Assembly: GCA_020891255.1 (NCBI GenBank)
Contig: BQFW01000001.1
Coordinates: 372,001-436,000, forward strand
Length of the DNA: 64,000 bases
DNA from: Entomortierella parvispora E1425
Taxonomy: Eukaryota > Fungi > Mortierellomycota
Direction: 5' to 3'
The translations under genes were made by a program, and so were the position numbers. Shown in pieces: positions 1 to 11,621 of this stretch; position 1 is the stretch's first letter, and every line of letters starts with the position of its first letter. The notes beneath the pieces are model-generated. The model was not told where the DNA came from. It saw only the letters and a program-made list of their open reading frames with translations, and did no database searches.

Positions 1-650
1 CGTCGTCCTTGAGTACCGCGATGAGGGAATGAATAGCTGGTTCCTGCAATGAAAACTGTTGGCCTAATACCTCTGCTGCGGAAATCCTCACTTGCCGGTC
101 GTCATCTTTGAGTGCAGCGATCAGGGACGTGATAGCTGACTCTGGTAATGAAGACTGCTTCCATAATGCCGATGCTGCAGAAGACTTGACGTTTTTATCT
201 TCATCCTTGAGTGCGGCGATGAGGGAATGAATTGCTGGTTCCAGGAATGAGGACTGCTTGTCTAATACCCTTGCTGCGGAAAACCGGACATCTTTATCAT
301 CATCCTTGAGTGCAGCGATGAGGGAATTGATAGCTGGTTCCGGGAATGAAAACTGTTTGCCTAACACCTCCTCTGCGGAAATCCTCACCTGCCGGTCGTC
401 ATCTTTGAGTGCAGCGATGAGGGAATTGATAGCTGGTCCCTGCAATAAAGACTGCTTGCCCGATGCCTCTACTGCTGAAGACCTGACTCGCCAATATTCA
501 TCCTTGAGTGCAGCGGTGAGGGAATGAATAGCTGGTTCCGGCAATGAAGACTGCTTGGCTATGCCGATACTGCAGAAGACTTGACGTTTTTATCGTCATC
601 CTCGAGTGCGGCGATGATGAGCTGCAACGCTGATTTCGACAGTAGGGAGC
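1..650 (-). repeat. 99-nt (33-aa) HEAT-repeat array of NLR1
   Basis: The motif tccttgagtgc or a close variant recurs near 6, 105, 204, 303, 402, 501 and 600. Units translate as KDDDKNVKSSAASALxKQSSLPExAIxSLIAAL. Confidence 0.93.
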
Positions 651-3600
651 GTGATCCTAAAGTATGTAAGAGTGAGGTTTTGCTCGAATGCGCTGAATTT
701 ATAGCTTCAACTAGGAGTGCCTCAGGGAACGACGGTCGACTGCCTAGCATGCTTCTACTGAAAATATTACGGCGCAAGCGTATCTCCAGGTGTAGCCATC
801 TTGCAAGCTCTGAGTCGTACGAAGCCACGACTGTCGGGTCCAATCGGGCCCGCGCTTCATGAAGGCAAGAGACTAGGATCTGCTGGTGGCGTCCTCCAAT
901 CAAATCCCGTGGCTCTCCTTGCAGAAGTTCAAAAAAATTGGCCAACGGGTCTCCAGCTAATAATCCTGCCACCATCGACCATACAATTTCATACTGAGGG
1001 TTGTATTTGTGATGGTGAACAAAGGCCGTCATCTCCCCCGTATCCATCATTCCAACTGAACATTGCTGAGGTTGAAAATGGCGCACTATCCATGTTGCCG
1101 CGAAATATTCTTGGAACGTCAGATGTAGGAAATGCCAGAGTCGTCGAGAATTGTAGTTTTTGAGATCCGCTGCCGAATCAGCCGTATGTAAAAACGACGT
1201 TTCTTTCATGTGCTCGACCAGGTGGGTAGGCGAAAGCTGTTGGCTAGCTGGTGTAGAGCTCTTCAGATCTTGAAAAGCAGAGCGCATGTCTTTTTCTTCG
1301 AACTCGATTTGGTGATGGTTGGTCATCCCTTTGAAGGCGAGATATCCAAGATGCTGCAGCTCAGTCGCCATCAGCTTGTCAATTTCCTCGGGTTCATAAC
1401 CATGGAGTTGTCGCTCAGTCAGCTCTATTCCACCATCAGTTTTTTTGAGCCGAAGTGCATCCTTGCACCAGAGTTTCCGCACCATTAGTTGATACAGCTG
1501 TGTCATGGTCACTGCCCCGCCATCTGTTGGGAGTGAATTCCAGCTGAAGCAGATCACGTCGAGCTGTACTGGGATGTTGGCGAGTCCTTGAATCAATGGC
1601 GTTTGTCGAATGAACTCCTGGACTGTCCTTGATGGCTCAGGATCGAGCACATTGACCACAAAATCCGTGACATTCTGTTGGCTGAATCCAACAGTTTCGA
1701 GCTCCAGATCAAGTGGTGGTAGTAGTTTGCTGTCCAAGCCAGAGGGTCTTGAGGTGATGATGACCTGTTGCCGCCCAAGTAACATCTTCAAGAAAGATCG
1801 GAAGGTGCTACTTTCGTTCCCTTCGGCCTCTGTGATAATCTCATCCAGACCGTCCAAGATGAAAAGAACCTTGCCCCTTTGAGCGCATGTCACAAGAGTG
1901 GTGGCGAGTGCCACTTGCTCTTGATTGAAGTCCTGAGAGACGAAAACCTTCTCGATAAATAGTCCTTCCAAGGTGCGGCTCTTGAGTCCCCTGAGATGAC
2001 GCAGCGGAATCCAGAGCACGACTTCGAAGAGATCCGTCCAGAGTCCATTCTGATGAGCATGAACGAGTTTCTTGCAAAGTGTCGATTTGCCAATGCCTGC
2101 TCGTCCTTGAACCAAGATCCTTTTAGGAACATCCTCCTTGCCATCCCGCAACTCGCGCTTGTTGAAGAGTTGTTCTAGAGGAATAAGCGACTGGGTGTCT
2201 GTGTTCCGTACCCTTTCGCCACTGGGCATCCGATGAAATACGGCCGCTTGCTCTTTGAGCTCCTGTTTCTCCTTCCGTCGATTTTCTGGTGCCTCCACAA
2301 TCGCGAGATTGACAAAGCATGTCCCCAGATCCAGCTCCTCGCCTGAAATTCTGAGGATATGCAGGTTGGGTGCGTGATAGTTCTTGAGGGCCGATTGAAT
2401 GTCACTCAAACTTGAGATTCGAGGGGCATCTGGTAGGTTCTCAACCTTTGCATGCCGACAGTTTCGATCCTGAACAGCTTTCAACAGTCTAGCCCTTGGC
2501 ACTGAATGCCTATCCGGATCCGTGAATTTGAGATTGATCCAAACTGGCGAATGTTGATCGGCAAAAGGTTCTAACTGTGTGTTCTTCCTTGTCATTTCTT
2601 CCAATAGCGTCCTGGCGGCTATATATGGAGCGAGAAAAAAAAACATTGGCATCAGGACTGAATATCTTTGATATGCTATTCCTGTTATTCCTTGACAGTC
2701 ATGGTGTATAGGGATCTCACCTTCAAACTGTATGACATTTCGGGATTCCACGATAGTGAGTACGTCAAAGATGACCTGATCAACCTCCTTCTGGCGATCC
2801 CAAAGTGAAGCATCCTTGTAGAGTGTTTCAATGAAGGCAATTGCCTCTCGCTGCATCTCCAGGCTCCATCGGTTATCAAGTGCAAACTGCCCAAGCAACT
2901 GGCAGATCCCCCATTGAAACATGAGTTCGTGTCGGCACGGTGTAGTGGTAACCAACGCCTTGAACTCCACTAGCCTTCCAGTATCGATATACGATTTGGC
3001 TTTACGAATGGCATGGTACCATGCGCTCTTGAACTTCAGGCACTCCTTGACTGTGAATGTTAGACTGCCATCGGCGCCTTTGATTGCATCATTCAAGACA
3101 GCCTTGAGATTGCCGATGCCAGCTTTTCCGGCATTGTAAAGTTTTTCCAGGCTTTCGAGCGTGTCCCTCAGGTCCGTTGGGTCAGGCACATTGGCCAGTC
3201 CTGCTCCAACATTCAATAAAAACCAGAATCGTCTGAATCCTGCATGCCAAATATCGTCATCATCAGGCACATTGAGCAGAGCCTGCGTGGCATAGTGAAC
3301 TTGAAATGTCAAGTAAGGGTGTTCGTTTGACTCGATCTCTCGAAGGAACTCCGTCAATGGTCCATGAAGGTTGACACGGTCGACATCTTTGATGTTGGCG
3401 TCCACCATCGCATCCAAAACACGCGAAACAGCAAGTAGCAGCGGATATCGATACTCTGGTGAGCGAGTAAGCTTGAGTCGCTTGAGCAGGCACCGAAGGA
3501 TACTCTCAAGGTCGTCCACGTTGAGGGTTCCTGGGGTGGCTCCTTGAATCGTAATTGCCAAGCCATTCAACGGATGCAACTGTAGAATCTCTGACTCGTT

Positions 3601-4564
3601 GACAGCGTCGATGAAAGTCGCGATGAGGAACTGAGAGTGCTCTTCACTGAGCACAGGGGCCAGTTGGACAACCTCAGCAACACTAGCCGCATCCTTCATA
3701 TTGTCCTTGGTAACTGCGTGGATGACATCGTCGACCATGGTCTCCAAGCGATCTTTCTCACCCGAATCATTCAAGGTGTCAAGTCGATACCTGAGATAAT
3801 CCTGAGAAAGATCGTTATTTTGAACTGACGGCTGCAAAAGTGCGAGACAGCAGGCGAGTTGCAGAGTAGTTTCCAGTTGCTCTCCTGGATCTGGCAGCCG
3901 ATGTAGGTTACGCTTGGGATTAACATTCGTACCAAAGAATGATGGAGATCCTAAGGCTGAACTTGCTCCATAACCGAGATGGCTGGTTGAGAGAGAGGAT
4001 GAGACGAATGGTGAGGCGTTGAGGTAGTGTTGACAGCTGCTGCGGCGGTAGTGGCAATAGAAGAGGGACTGGAGGCGTTGTTGTTTGTCAATGCTGAAGA
4101 GCTCCAGTGAGTGACTCCTCCTTGAGCGATTGCCGGAGAGAACCCTGGTCCTACCAAAGACGGTGCGATAACAGCAGGATGGAGCCTCATTCTCTCGTCG
4201 AGTTCTTGTCTAGTAGTTGTGCAATACCAAATGTTCAATGTAAGTAGAGTGCTTCCAAGATGCCGTTTCCTCAATGGGGAACAATAGTCAGCTACCTTAG
4301 GGCGGCAGCTCTCTTTCTGCACTTGTCTGCTTTTTCCTTCAGCAGTTCTCCTGAGAGATCCAGCACCACGGCAAGATTCAGGAATGCGGCAATCATCTCC
4401 TCCATATCCTTGGAATTGGTCCTCTTGACATCCACTTTGGCGAGGGTATTCTTTGCATTTTGATAATGCTTAATGACGTTGGGTTCGGAACCCATGGCTT
4501 TTCGAGCTTCCTCAGTGCTGGCTGTTGCCTGAGTTAAGGCCACTTGTGCAGTAAGATGCGGCAT
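1..4564 (-). pseudogene. NLR-like gene 1 (helical N-terminal exon - ARM-like domain - NACHT - HEAT repeats) with two 1-nt deletions; runs off the window start
   Basis: Exon 1 starts at ATG 4564; intron 4210-4295 (GT..AG). Frameshift near 3970 (AISV-AT-GASSALGSPSFF compared with the paralogues). Intron 2619-2720. Walker A QGRAGIGKST and Walker B LFILDGLDE. A deleted T at ~560 (GCA TTA GCC to GCA TAG) creates the stop at 559-561; HEAT repeats continue stop-free in another frame to position 1. Confidence 0.88.
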
Positions 4565-5129
4565 TATGGGCTATCTACAACGCAGAACGGGATCGGAGAC
4601 TACCTTCAGTTTAAGATCTTGGTATCGGAAAAGAGGATGATATGAACAAAGAGTGGAGGTGAAAGTGTGGGACAGAAACAAGGAGAGAGTTGTAGTTGCC
4701 TAACCCCGTCTCTCTTAAATAGCTCTGCGCTCGACTCGTAATGGTTGTGAGCATGCGGGCAGGCAGGGAGGATGAGGGCGAACACTTGTGCGACGCAACA
4801 GCCTCGACTCTGCTTCGTGCTTTGCCTTGGTACTCTGCTTTGCCTTGGTACTTTGCCCTTTGCCCACCCTCTGCTGCCTGCACATGATGTGTTGCAGTTC
4901 GACGCCGTTGGGGCTCACCTTTTATCAAGGGCGACCCTTGCAGCATACAAGTAGTGTTGCCAGCATACGCCAGAAAAAACGATGAGCAGAGACAGAACAG
5001 CTCATGGAGACACAAAGAAATGGAGGAATGGAATGGGATGGGTACATTTGGATGCAGAGAAGAAGACTGATTGGGAAGTGATTCCAAGTGGTTGGATCTC
5101 CTCCAGGCTGCTTGTCAACGGATGTTCGA

Positions 5130-7770
5130 TATCGTGTTGGCTCAAAGGACAATGCAGACAAGAGAGGCTGAGAACGACCTGTCCAGCGCTGTCAGCCTCC
5201 TCGTCGTCCCATTGCGGGCACGCGTCCAAAAGGCACCGACGCGATTGGGCCGTGACTGTCATGTCGTGACTGTGGCGAATACATATGCTGCACTCAGCGA
5301 GTCAGCACTCACACGGGTGCGGAACACTTTCCTCGTTCTCTCTGCTCTTGCATATAGTCCACACTCCGCACTGCTGCATCTCCATCTCTCTTTCAACAAA
5401 CAATTCAACAGGAGACACCCTGATACTGGCAGCGACAGACCATGGCTCGATGGAACAGTAATAATGCCGACATTGGACAAGACGGCTCGCTCATGAGTAC
5501 CGCATGCCCACGTCCATCCATCCTTCATTGTCGTGATGGCAGGACACGGCAGCATCCCTGACTGGACCATGAGATTGATTGCGGGCACACGAAAGTAATC
5601 TTAGTACCGTCAATCCCTATCGGGTGGTCGTGCTGCACGGTCCCTATTGATTGAACACGCTGCCAGGAGACAGTCGCTGCTGTCCATGACCGAGGACAAT
5701 GATCCATTGATGGAGTCTGAACCACAGTCGTAAGCAAACAGTCCTCAGGGACAGAGCACAGGAGGCAGTGCTGGCAGTGGATTGACAAGTCCTAACAGTA
5801 AATTGAGGCCGAGTGGCGCGAGTAGTCTGCTGGGCGCAGTGGATGCGCAGAGTGCCTCCTTGCCGTCGTTGTTGAAGGTCTCGTCGGATAGTTTCGAGCA
5901 GTGGTTGAGGCTGGCGACGGATAATGTATGTTGTCGGTGCTTGCTTTCTCTTTGAATGGCTGGACAAGACACCACGCATGCATGCACGGTTGACTGATCC
6001 TCTCCTTCCTGTGCTCCTCTTTTTCTTTGGATTAGAAAATCCATGCAAACAACAGCTGGCACTTTGCGCTGATCGATTACTTTCACGAAATGTCGTTCCT
6101 GCGTGAGGAAGACTTGATCAACTTTCAGAAAGGTAGGACAAGGGATATGACGAGATGCGTCCATTGACTTGACTCCACCATGAGTACTGACAAATATTTC
6201 TTCTCTTTGATAGCATCCTGTGCGCTGGATGGATGTGTCAAGATTTATACGTCTTGTGTTGATTCCATGGCTACCGTAACCACAAAACTCCTGGGAGAAC
6301 TTGCCACAAGCGCCAGTAAGGTTTTCATTCGCACATGCTCATGAGGGAAGCAAGTTTACTCTGTCCTTGTCGACTGATTATATTTCTATTTGTTTTGAAA
6401 CATGTCATTAGAGCGCGCCCCGAGGGAGAAGAAAATGCGGCTCAGGATGATGATCAGGATTAAGAGGATAATGACAAACCCGTCAAGAAGAAGGTATGAC
6501 CTGCCTGCCTTTTTGCATGATTCTATTGATCATCGGAGCAGGAGGCACAATCTGACAACCCCCCCCCCCCCCCTTTTTTTTTTCCTGTGAAAACAGCATT
6601 CATCCAGGAGTGGCAACACTCTGACCAGGGATTTCAGTCAGCTCACTCTTGAGAAATTCATAGTCGAGTCCTTAGTGAACCCCTTGTTCGAGAAGACCTC
6701 GGCAGATTCCGATGAGGGTGGTGCCAGAGGTTTGCTTTTTCACCACCTGAATGTGGACGCAGAGGGGAAGATCATTTTTGGCGCTGGTGATGCTAGAGAT
6801 AAAGGCAATGAGGACGACGACGACGACGATGACGAGGAAGACCAGCAGGAAGAACAAGAAGATGAGGTCGATACCGACTCACAAAGGCGCAAAAAGACAA
6901 AGAAGAACACCGACGTCGAGGCTGCCATGATTGATATCCAACGGTTGCAGTGTAAGACTCAGGAATATCATTGAGAATATCAAAAACAGTCGGATGAAAT
7001 TCATGGGTTCTCTAACGATTTTTTTTTCTCTTTGCCTTCGATATTCCCACAGCCAAATTCTTGCCGTCGTTGAACCAGATTTTTGAAAAGGATATTTGTC
7101 CGTCCTTGCGCGATTTCCAACTGACAGGATCATCAGAGATGGGCTTTTCGTTCCTGAGGCGGTTTCAAGGGGATGATGATGAAGCTGAAAACTCCAACCA
7201 GCGGGACGATGACGATGATGAATATGAGATTGGTATAAATCCTGGCAATGCCTTTGACGAGGACTTTGGAGGAGGCGACTTTAACGCATACGACGATGAT
7301 GGCGACGCTATGGAGGGTGTTGAGGGGCAGGAAGGGATCGACAGAGATGCACATGGGCAGCAGGGCCATGCCGAGGCGCCATTGGTGGTCGAGGATGCAT
7401 TCGGAGACTTGGATGAACAGATTGCAGCTCACCGTGCTGGTCCGGATCTGGACCTCATGATGGAGACCGATGTCATCATGGACAAGACCTCCACGGATAG
7501 GTACCAATATTTCGACGCGGCTCTCATGCGAAACTGGGCAGGACCCGAAATATTGGAAGCTGAGACGAATCCCCAAAGGTGAGATTCTTCTTACCGGACA
7601 TTTTTTTGGAAGTTCAGAGAACTGACTTTTTTCTCTTTTTTTTTTTTTTTCTCTCTCTCTCTCTCTGCAGAAAAACCTGTACCTTTGGCGAGGCACCAGG
7701 AGAAAAGAAAAACGTGGAGCCAAGACTGCGCTGGTCATTGATTTCTTGAACGCGGAGGAAATAGACGAGT
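5130..7770 (+). pseudogene. BRN1: Condensin I kleisin (CAP-H / barren / Cnd2) pseudogene, 3' truncated
   Basis: Spliced translation gives SFEQWLRLATDN|KIHANNSWHFALIDYFHEMSFLREEDLINFQK|ASCALDGCVKIYTSCVDSMAT, then VNPLFEKTSADSDEGGARGLLFHHL, ICPSLRDF and YFDAALMRNWAGPE, all recognisable Cnd2 motifs. Intron 5926-6035. In-frame TAA at 6461-6463 and an extra A after NWAGPE (~7549). The 5' boundary is approximate. Confidence 0.88.
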
Positions 7771-8143
7771 GGGCCCTAACAGAGGTACATTAAAGCTCGT
7801 CTTAGACTCAAACTGCAAACAAATAGACCTCGTGCAACAGTCAAATCAGACTGACCGTGCAGCGCCTTCACTTACAGCAAAGCCCCAAACAAATGGTCAA
7901 CAACAACCACTGCCACCACTGCCACCATTGCCACCACCACAAGCAACACTTCTCAACCTTTAGTATAAATAACCCAGACTTCACATCAATAAATAAACAT
8001 CATTCAATCTTCGTGTTCTTTCCTTGGCCTTTACTATTGCACAATCCTCTCTATTCATAGATAATAGATGCTCAAGTGAACAGCCATTTAATAGGAAAAA
8101 TAAAGAAACGAGATGTGGGCAGTTATAGTAGGGACCGTACTAC

Positions 8144-8467
8144 CTAGATGGACGTAATGCTCTGAGCGTTGCACGTCACATGAAAGTGACCTTGGTCAGC
8201 TATAACACCGTCATAAGCACTCTTTTCAGAGCAACAGTAGGATTTATCGCAGTTTTCATTCTCGATAATGATTGATTCACAATACTGCTTTTTGAGATCC
8301 CACTCTGAAAAACAATTAACACCCTCGGTTATTCTGCTCTGACATGTGGCTGCGACATCTGTAGATTCACCGAAAAAATAACAGTAATTTTGCTTAATGG
8401 GGTCGGCGGAGACATGTGTCGAAACGAAAAGACAGAAAACGAAGAAAGCCAAAAGATTGCGAGCCAT
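8144..8467 (-). CDS. Small secreted cysteine-rich protein, copy A (107 aa, 8 Cys in the mature region)
   Basis: Signal-peptide-like MARNLLAFFVFCLFVSTHVSA; Cys spacing shared with the 36450-36776 paralogue. Confidence 0.82.
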   Translation of the reverse strand: MARNLLAFFVFCLFVSTHVSADPIKQNYCYFFGESTDVAATCQSRITEGVNCFSEWDLKKQYCESIIIENENCDKSYCCSEKSAYDGVIADQGHFHVTCNAQSITSI

Positions 8468-8914
8468 TATGACAAAGGATGCGTGGTGTACGAAAAAAAG
8501 GAGTGTCAAGAAAATAGAATCCTATAGTATACAGTAAAAGATGATTGAGGATGAGATGAATAGATCATTTATGTTAATCGCTGTATTACAATGCAGTTGC
8601 GTCATTGCTGTTTGTAAATAACCGTATTATTTTGTTACCTTGAGGCTTCTTGTGAGGGCTCTTGTGACGATTCGTGTGGGGTTTCTGTTCTTTTGGCGAG
8701 TTGTATGGAGCTCTAGAGCTCTAGTGATGGAATGTATGAGGTTCTTGGAATAACTAGTTGTGTTGGTTCCTGAAAGTGGAGTGTAGTGAGTGCCTCAGTC
8801 GACGTCTTGAAAGTTGTTGGTTGATTGGGGGTGCGGGTTCCCCGAAGTCATACTCTTTTATACAAGAGGCGGTTCCTATGGTTTTTGCCTTTCCTATTGT
8901 GCAAGACCCCGAAT

Positions 8915-9135
8915 ACCCTTGACCTTTTGGTCTAATTTTCATCCCTTGACTTTTAGTCCAATTTTTTTGGTCCAATTATCATCCCCTGACTTTTTTCATC
9001 CCTTGACTCCCTTGACTTGCATGCCTTACTTTTTCCGTTTTTCCTATCCCTTGACCTTTTCTCATCCCATGTCCCTTGACTTTTTTCATTCCTTAGTTTT
9101 TCCTGTCCCTTGACCTTTTCTTCATCCCTTGATCT
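8915..9135 (+). repeat. Cluster of about 10 degenerate (T)nCATCCCTTGAC motifs
   Basis: Repeated atcccttgac/gtcccttgac motifs abut the TIR at 9152; duplicated at ~37220-37450. Confidence 0.75.
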
Positions 9136-9151
9136 TTTTCATCGCTTACAC

Positions 9152-9335
9152 TAGTGATTGTAACCGATTAAAATGACTTCCGGTCAAGCATTTTTTTGGT
9201 GCGTTTCGGTTAGTTTCTCATTTTTTTTTAGTTCATGGGCGGATTGACTGGTGGACAATCCCCTTGACCCTGCCAAACTAAAAAATGATAGCCATGGAAT
9301 CAGTTGACGGCCACCATGGTTAGCCAAGATGAGAA
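9152..9335 (+). mobile_element. Solo left end of a hAT-family element related to the 27653-34404 element
   Basis: Begins TAGTGATTGTAACCG like the full hAT and aligns with its first ~180 nt (ggccaccatggtta(a/g)ccaagatg). No matching right TIR was found. Confidence 0.75.
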
Positions 9336-10230
9336 GAGGGTCTCTTCTGTGGATTTGGTGCGAGTTTGAAATAATTACCAATAGCCAAAGAAGCAAACAA
9401 CCCCGGTTTATTTTCTTCCACCTCCAATTCACCGGCCTCTCCCACTTCCAAATCTCTCTCCTCCCTTACAAAGCACTCTCTTCCACTTCCATAGTACTCC
9501 CTTTTAAAGCAGTCTATTATGAAAATTTCTTGCTTTCTCTCTTTAATCCTGACCAAAAAAAAAAAAAAAAAAGGGTCGTATGTTAGTCCAGCTGAAAAGA
9601 GGGAATAACCAACAAAGTTCAACCGATTCAAAGATACTTACGGGCTTCCATGACATCTCCATGGCATTTCTTCTTGTTGGTTAGAGCCGGATGCGACTCA
9701 GGAACCAGGACCAAGGTGTTTTCATGATACCAGTCCTCAAACTCCGGACCCACAGAAGGCAAAGCTTTTGTGCATCCTTAAATGGAAATGTCCTTTGCAT
9801 GTTGCGCCTCCATTTCCCATTTCCCCATTTCCAACCGAGGATGCCATTATATATTAGCGTCGGTACAGTATACAGTACTCGTGGGGGAAGGTGTGTGTGT
9901 GTCCGGATTCCAACGAGGGGTATTATCGATGCAGGGACCACCAGGGACCGAGAAGGAGTGGGAAGGAAGGGTAGGAAAAGGGTGTCTGTGTACGTGTACG
10001 TGTACGTGCATCAATCCAAGTCACGTGTACATCTCAGTGACTCTTCCCCTGACAATCCATCTCTCACTCCATGCGAAAACCTGCTGCGTTCATCATCATC
10101 CCAATTTCCCAATCATGTCCGCCCATTCGCCCTTTCCAAGAGGCTGCATCAAAAGTCTCTACCTCTCTACCTCATAAACTGTCTCCCATTTGATGCTTCT
10201 GCACTCAGATGCGGCGAAAGATATGTTCAC

Positions 10231-10550
10231 CGCTACCTGCTCAATGATGTTTTGTCGTTAAGCAGCTGTGAGAACCACTACTGCTAATTGATTACTCTTG
10301 TTCCTTGGCCCTCTTCTTGCTTGATTTGAGGTAGCCGAGGTTGAATCAATCCTTTTGGCACTGTGTGCTTGGTGGCATGTTTTGCATACATATTTTGTGT
10401 TAACGCTACCTGCCTCAATGATGTTCTGTCATTAAGCAGCTGTGAGAACCACTACTGCTAATTGATTGCTCTTCTTCCTTGGCCCTCATCCCGGTATGAT
10501 TTGGTTAACCAAAGTTGAAATAATCCTGCGGCACTGTGCGCTTGTTGGCA
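10231..10550 (+). repeat. Two-copy tandem duplication, period 173 nt
   Basis: cgctacctgc...aagcagctgtgagaaccactactgctaattgatt...ggcactgtg starts at 10231 and at 10404. Confidence 0.88.
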
Positions 10551-11621
10551 CGAATTGTCTGCCTGTTTAGTTTGAGTCGTCGCCTCGTTTCTTACAATCA
10601 GATCTCAGCAGCCACAGTTGCTTGCGGACTGTAATTGTATTGTTTGCATGTTTGTATGAAGCAAGGACGAAGGGTGCCGCGGCCGCTAACAATGCGCTCC
10701 CTCTTGTCTCTGAAACACCATTTCGTGCCAGGTCCAAAGGTCACCAGGTTGCGGTCAGCACGGACAAATCGTCAGCATTTGCCAAATAAAACCTCCCCAG
10801 AGAGCGGCCAGTGCATCAAGCGACAGCCTCCACCGACGGCTGTTCGGGCGGGGACAAGGGCAAGGAGAAAAACGCCAGTGCTTCCAAGCCCCTCCGCTTC
10901 TCTTCCTGAGCCATCTCCCCTATCAAATATCTCCTCCAATATCGTCAAGACCGTGAGCGTGGGCCATGACAAGTTTCCGGCTACTCCATCCTCGTCTCCT
11001 GTTGGGCAGTCCAGTCAGTTTCAGCGACATGTAACTGCAGCTCATGCTGGTCCACCGGTAAGTAACTCTGCAACCCTTGAATCTGACCAGTGTGCCTCTC
11101 CTACACAAATTAAAAATGTTCATGATCTACGAGTCCTGCCAGCAGGATGCACGTAATGTAGTCTAGTATATCTTCATCCGTTCTATGTTGAACAAAGAAA
11201 AAAAAAAAGAAAAAAAAAAAAAAAGAAAAACAGAAATGAAATCCGACTTGGACCGTGCACAAGAGGGACAGATCAAAACAGCAGCGGGCCCAAAATGGGC
11301 GAAGCGCGTTTTCCCCCCTGGTTTGATTTTCTCCCCGCTTCTCATCGGTTCATGTCTCCATCTCCCCCAAGCTGGCCGTCCTTCATTCCTCCATCCCTCT
11401 TTCCAGCAGCCCTTCTTCTCTCCTCCGTGGACAGTCGCCCACATTCACACCATCTCATTCAGTCATTTGCTCGCTGCATCTCCGAATCACATGCCATGGC
11501 GCGTTTGACAGCACGTGTGAAGGCCATTTAGGTCCAAGACGATCTTCATTCACATACAAGGTCAACTTTTATTCGCGGCACAGTGGATATGATGTTCATC
11601 CATCATCAACTTGTAGAGTAG

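Larger units (their letters stand above)
8050..9560. repeat. Direct segmental duplication, partner at ~36365-37920
   Basis: The non-coding DNA 8510-9150 is nearly identical to 36790-37458. The block includes the SSP gene, the CCCTTGAC cluster and a hAT-like end. Confidence 0.92.
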
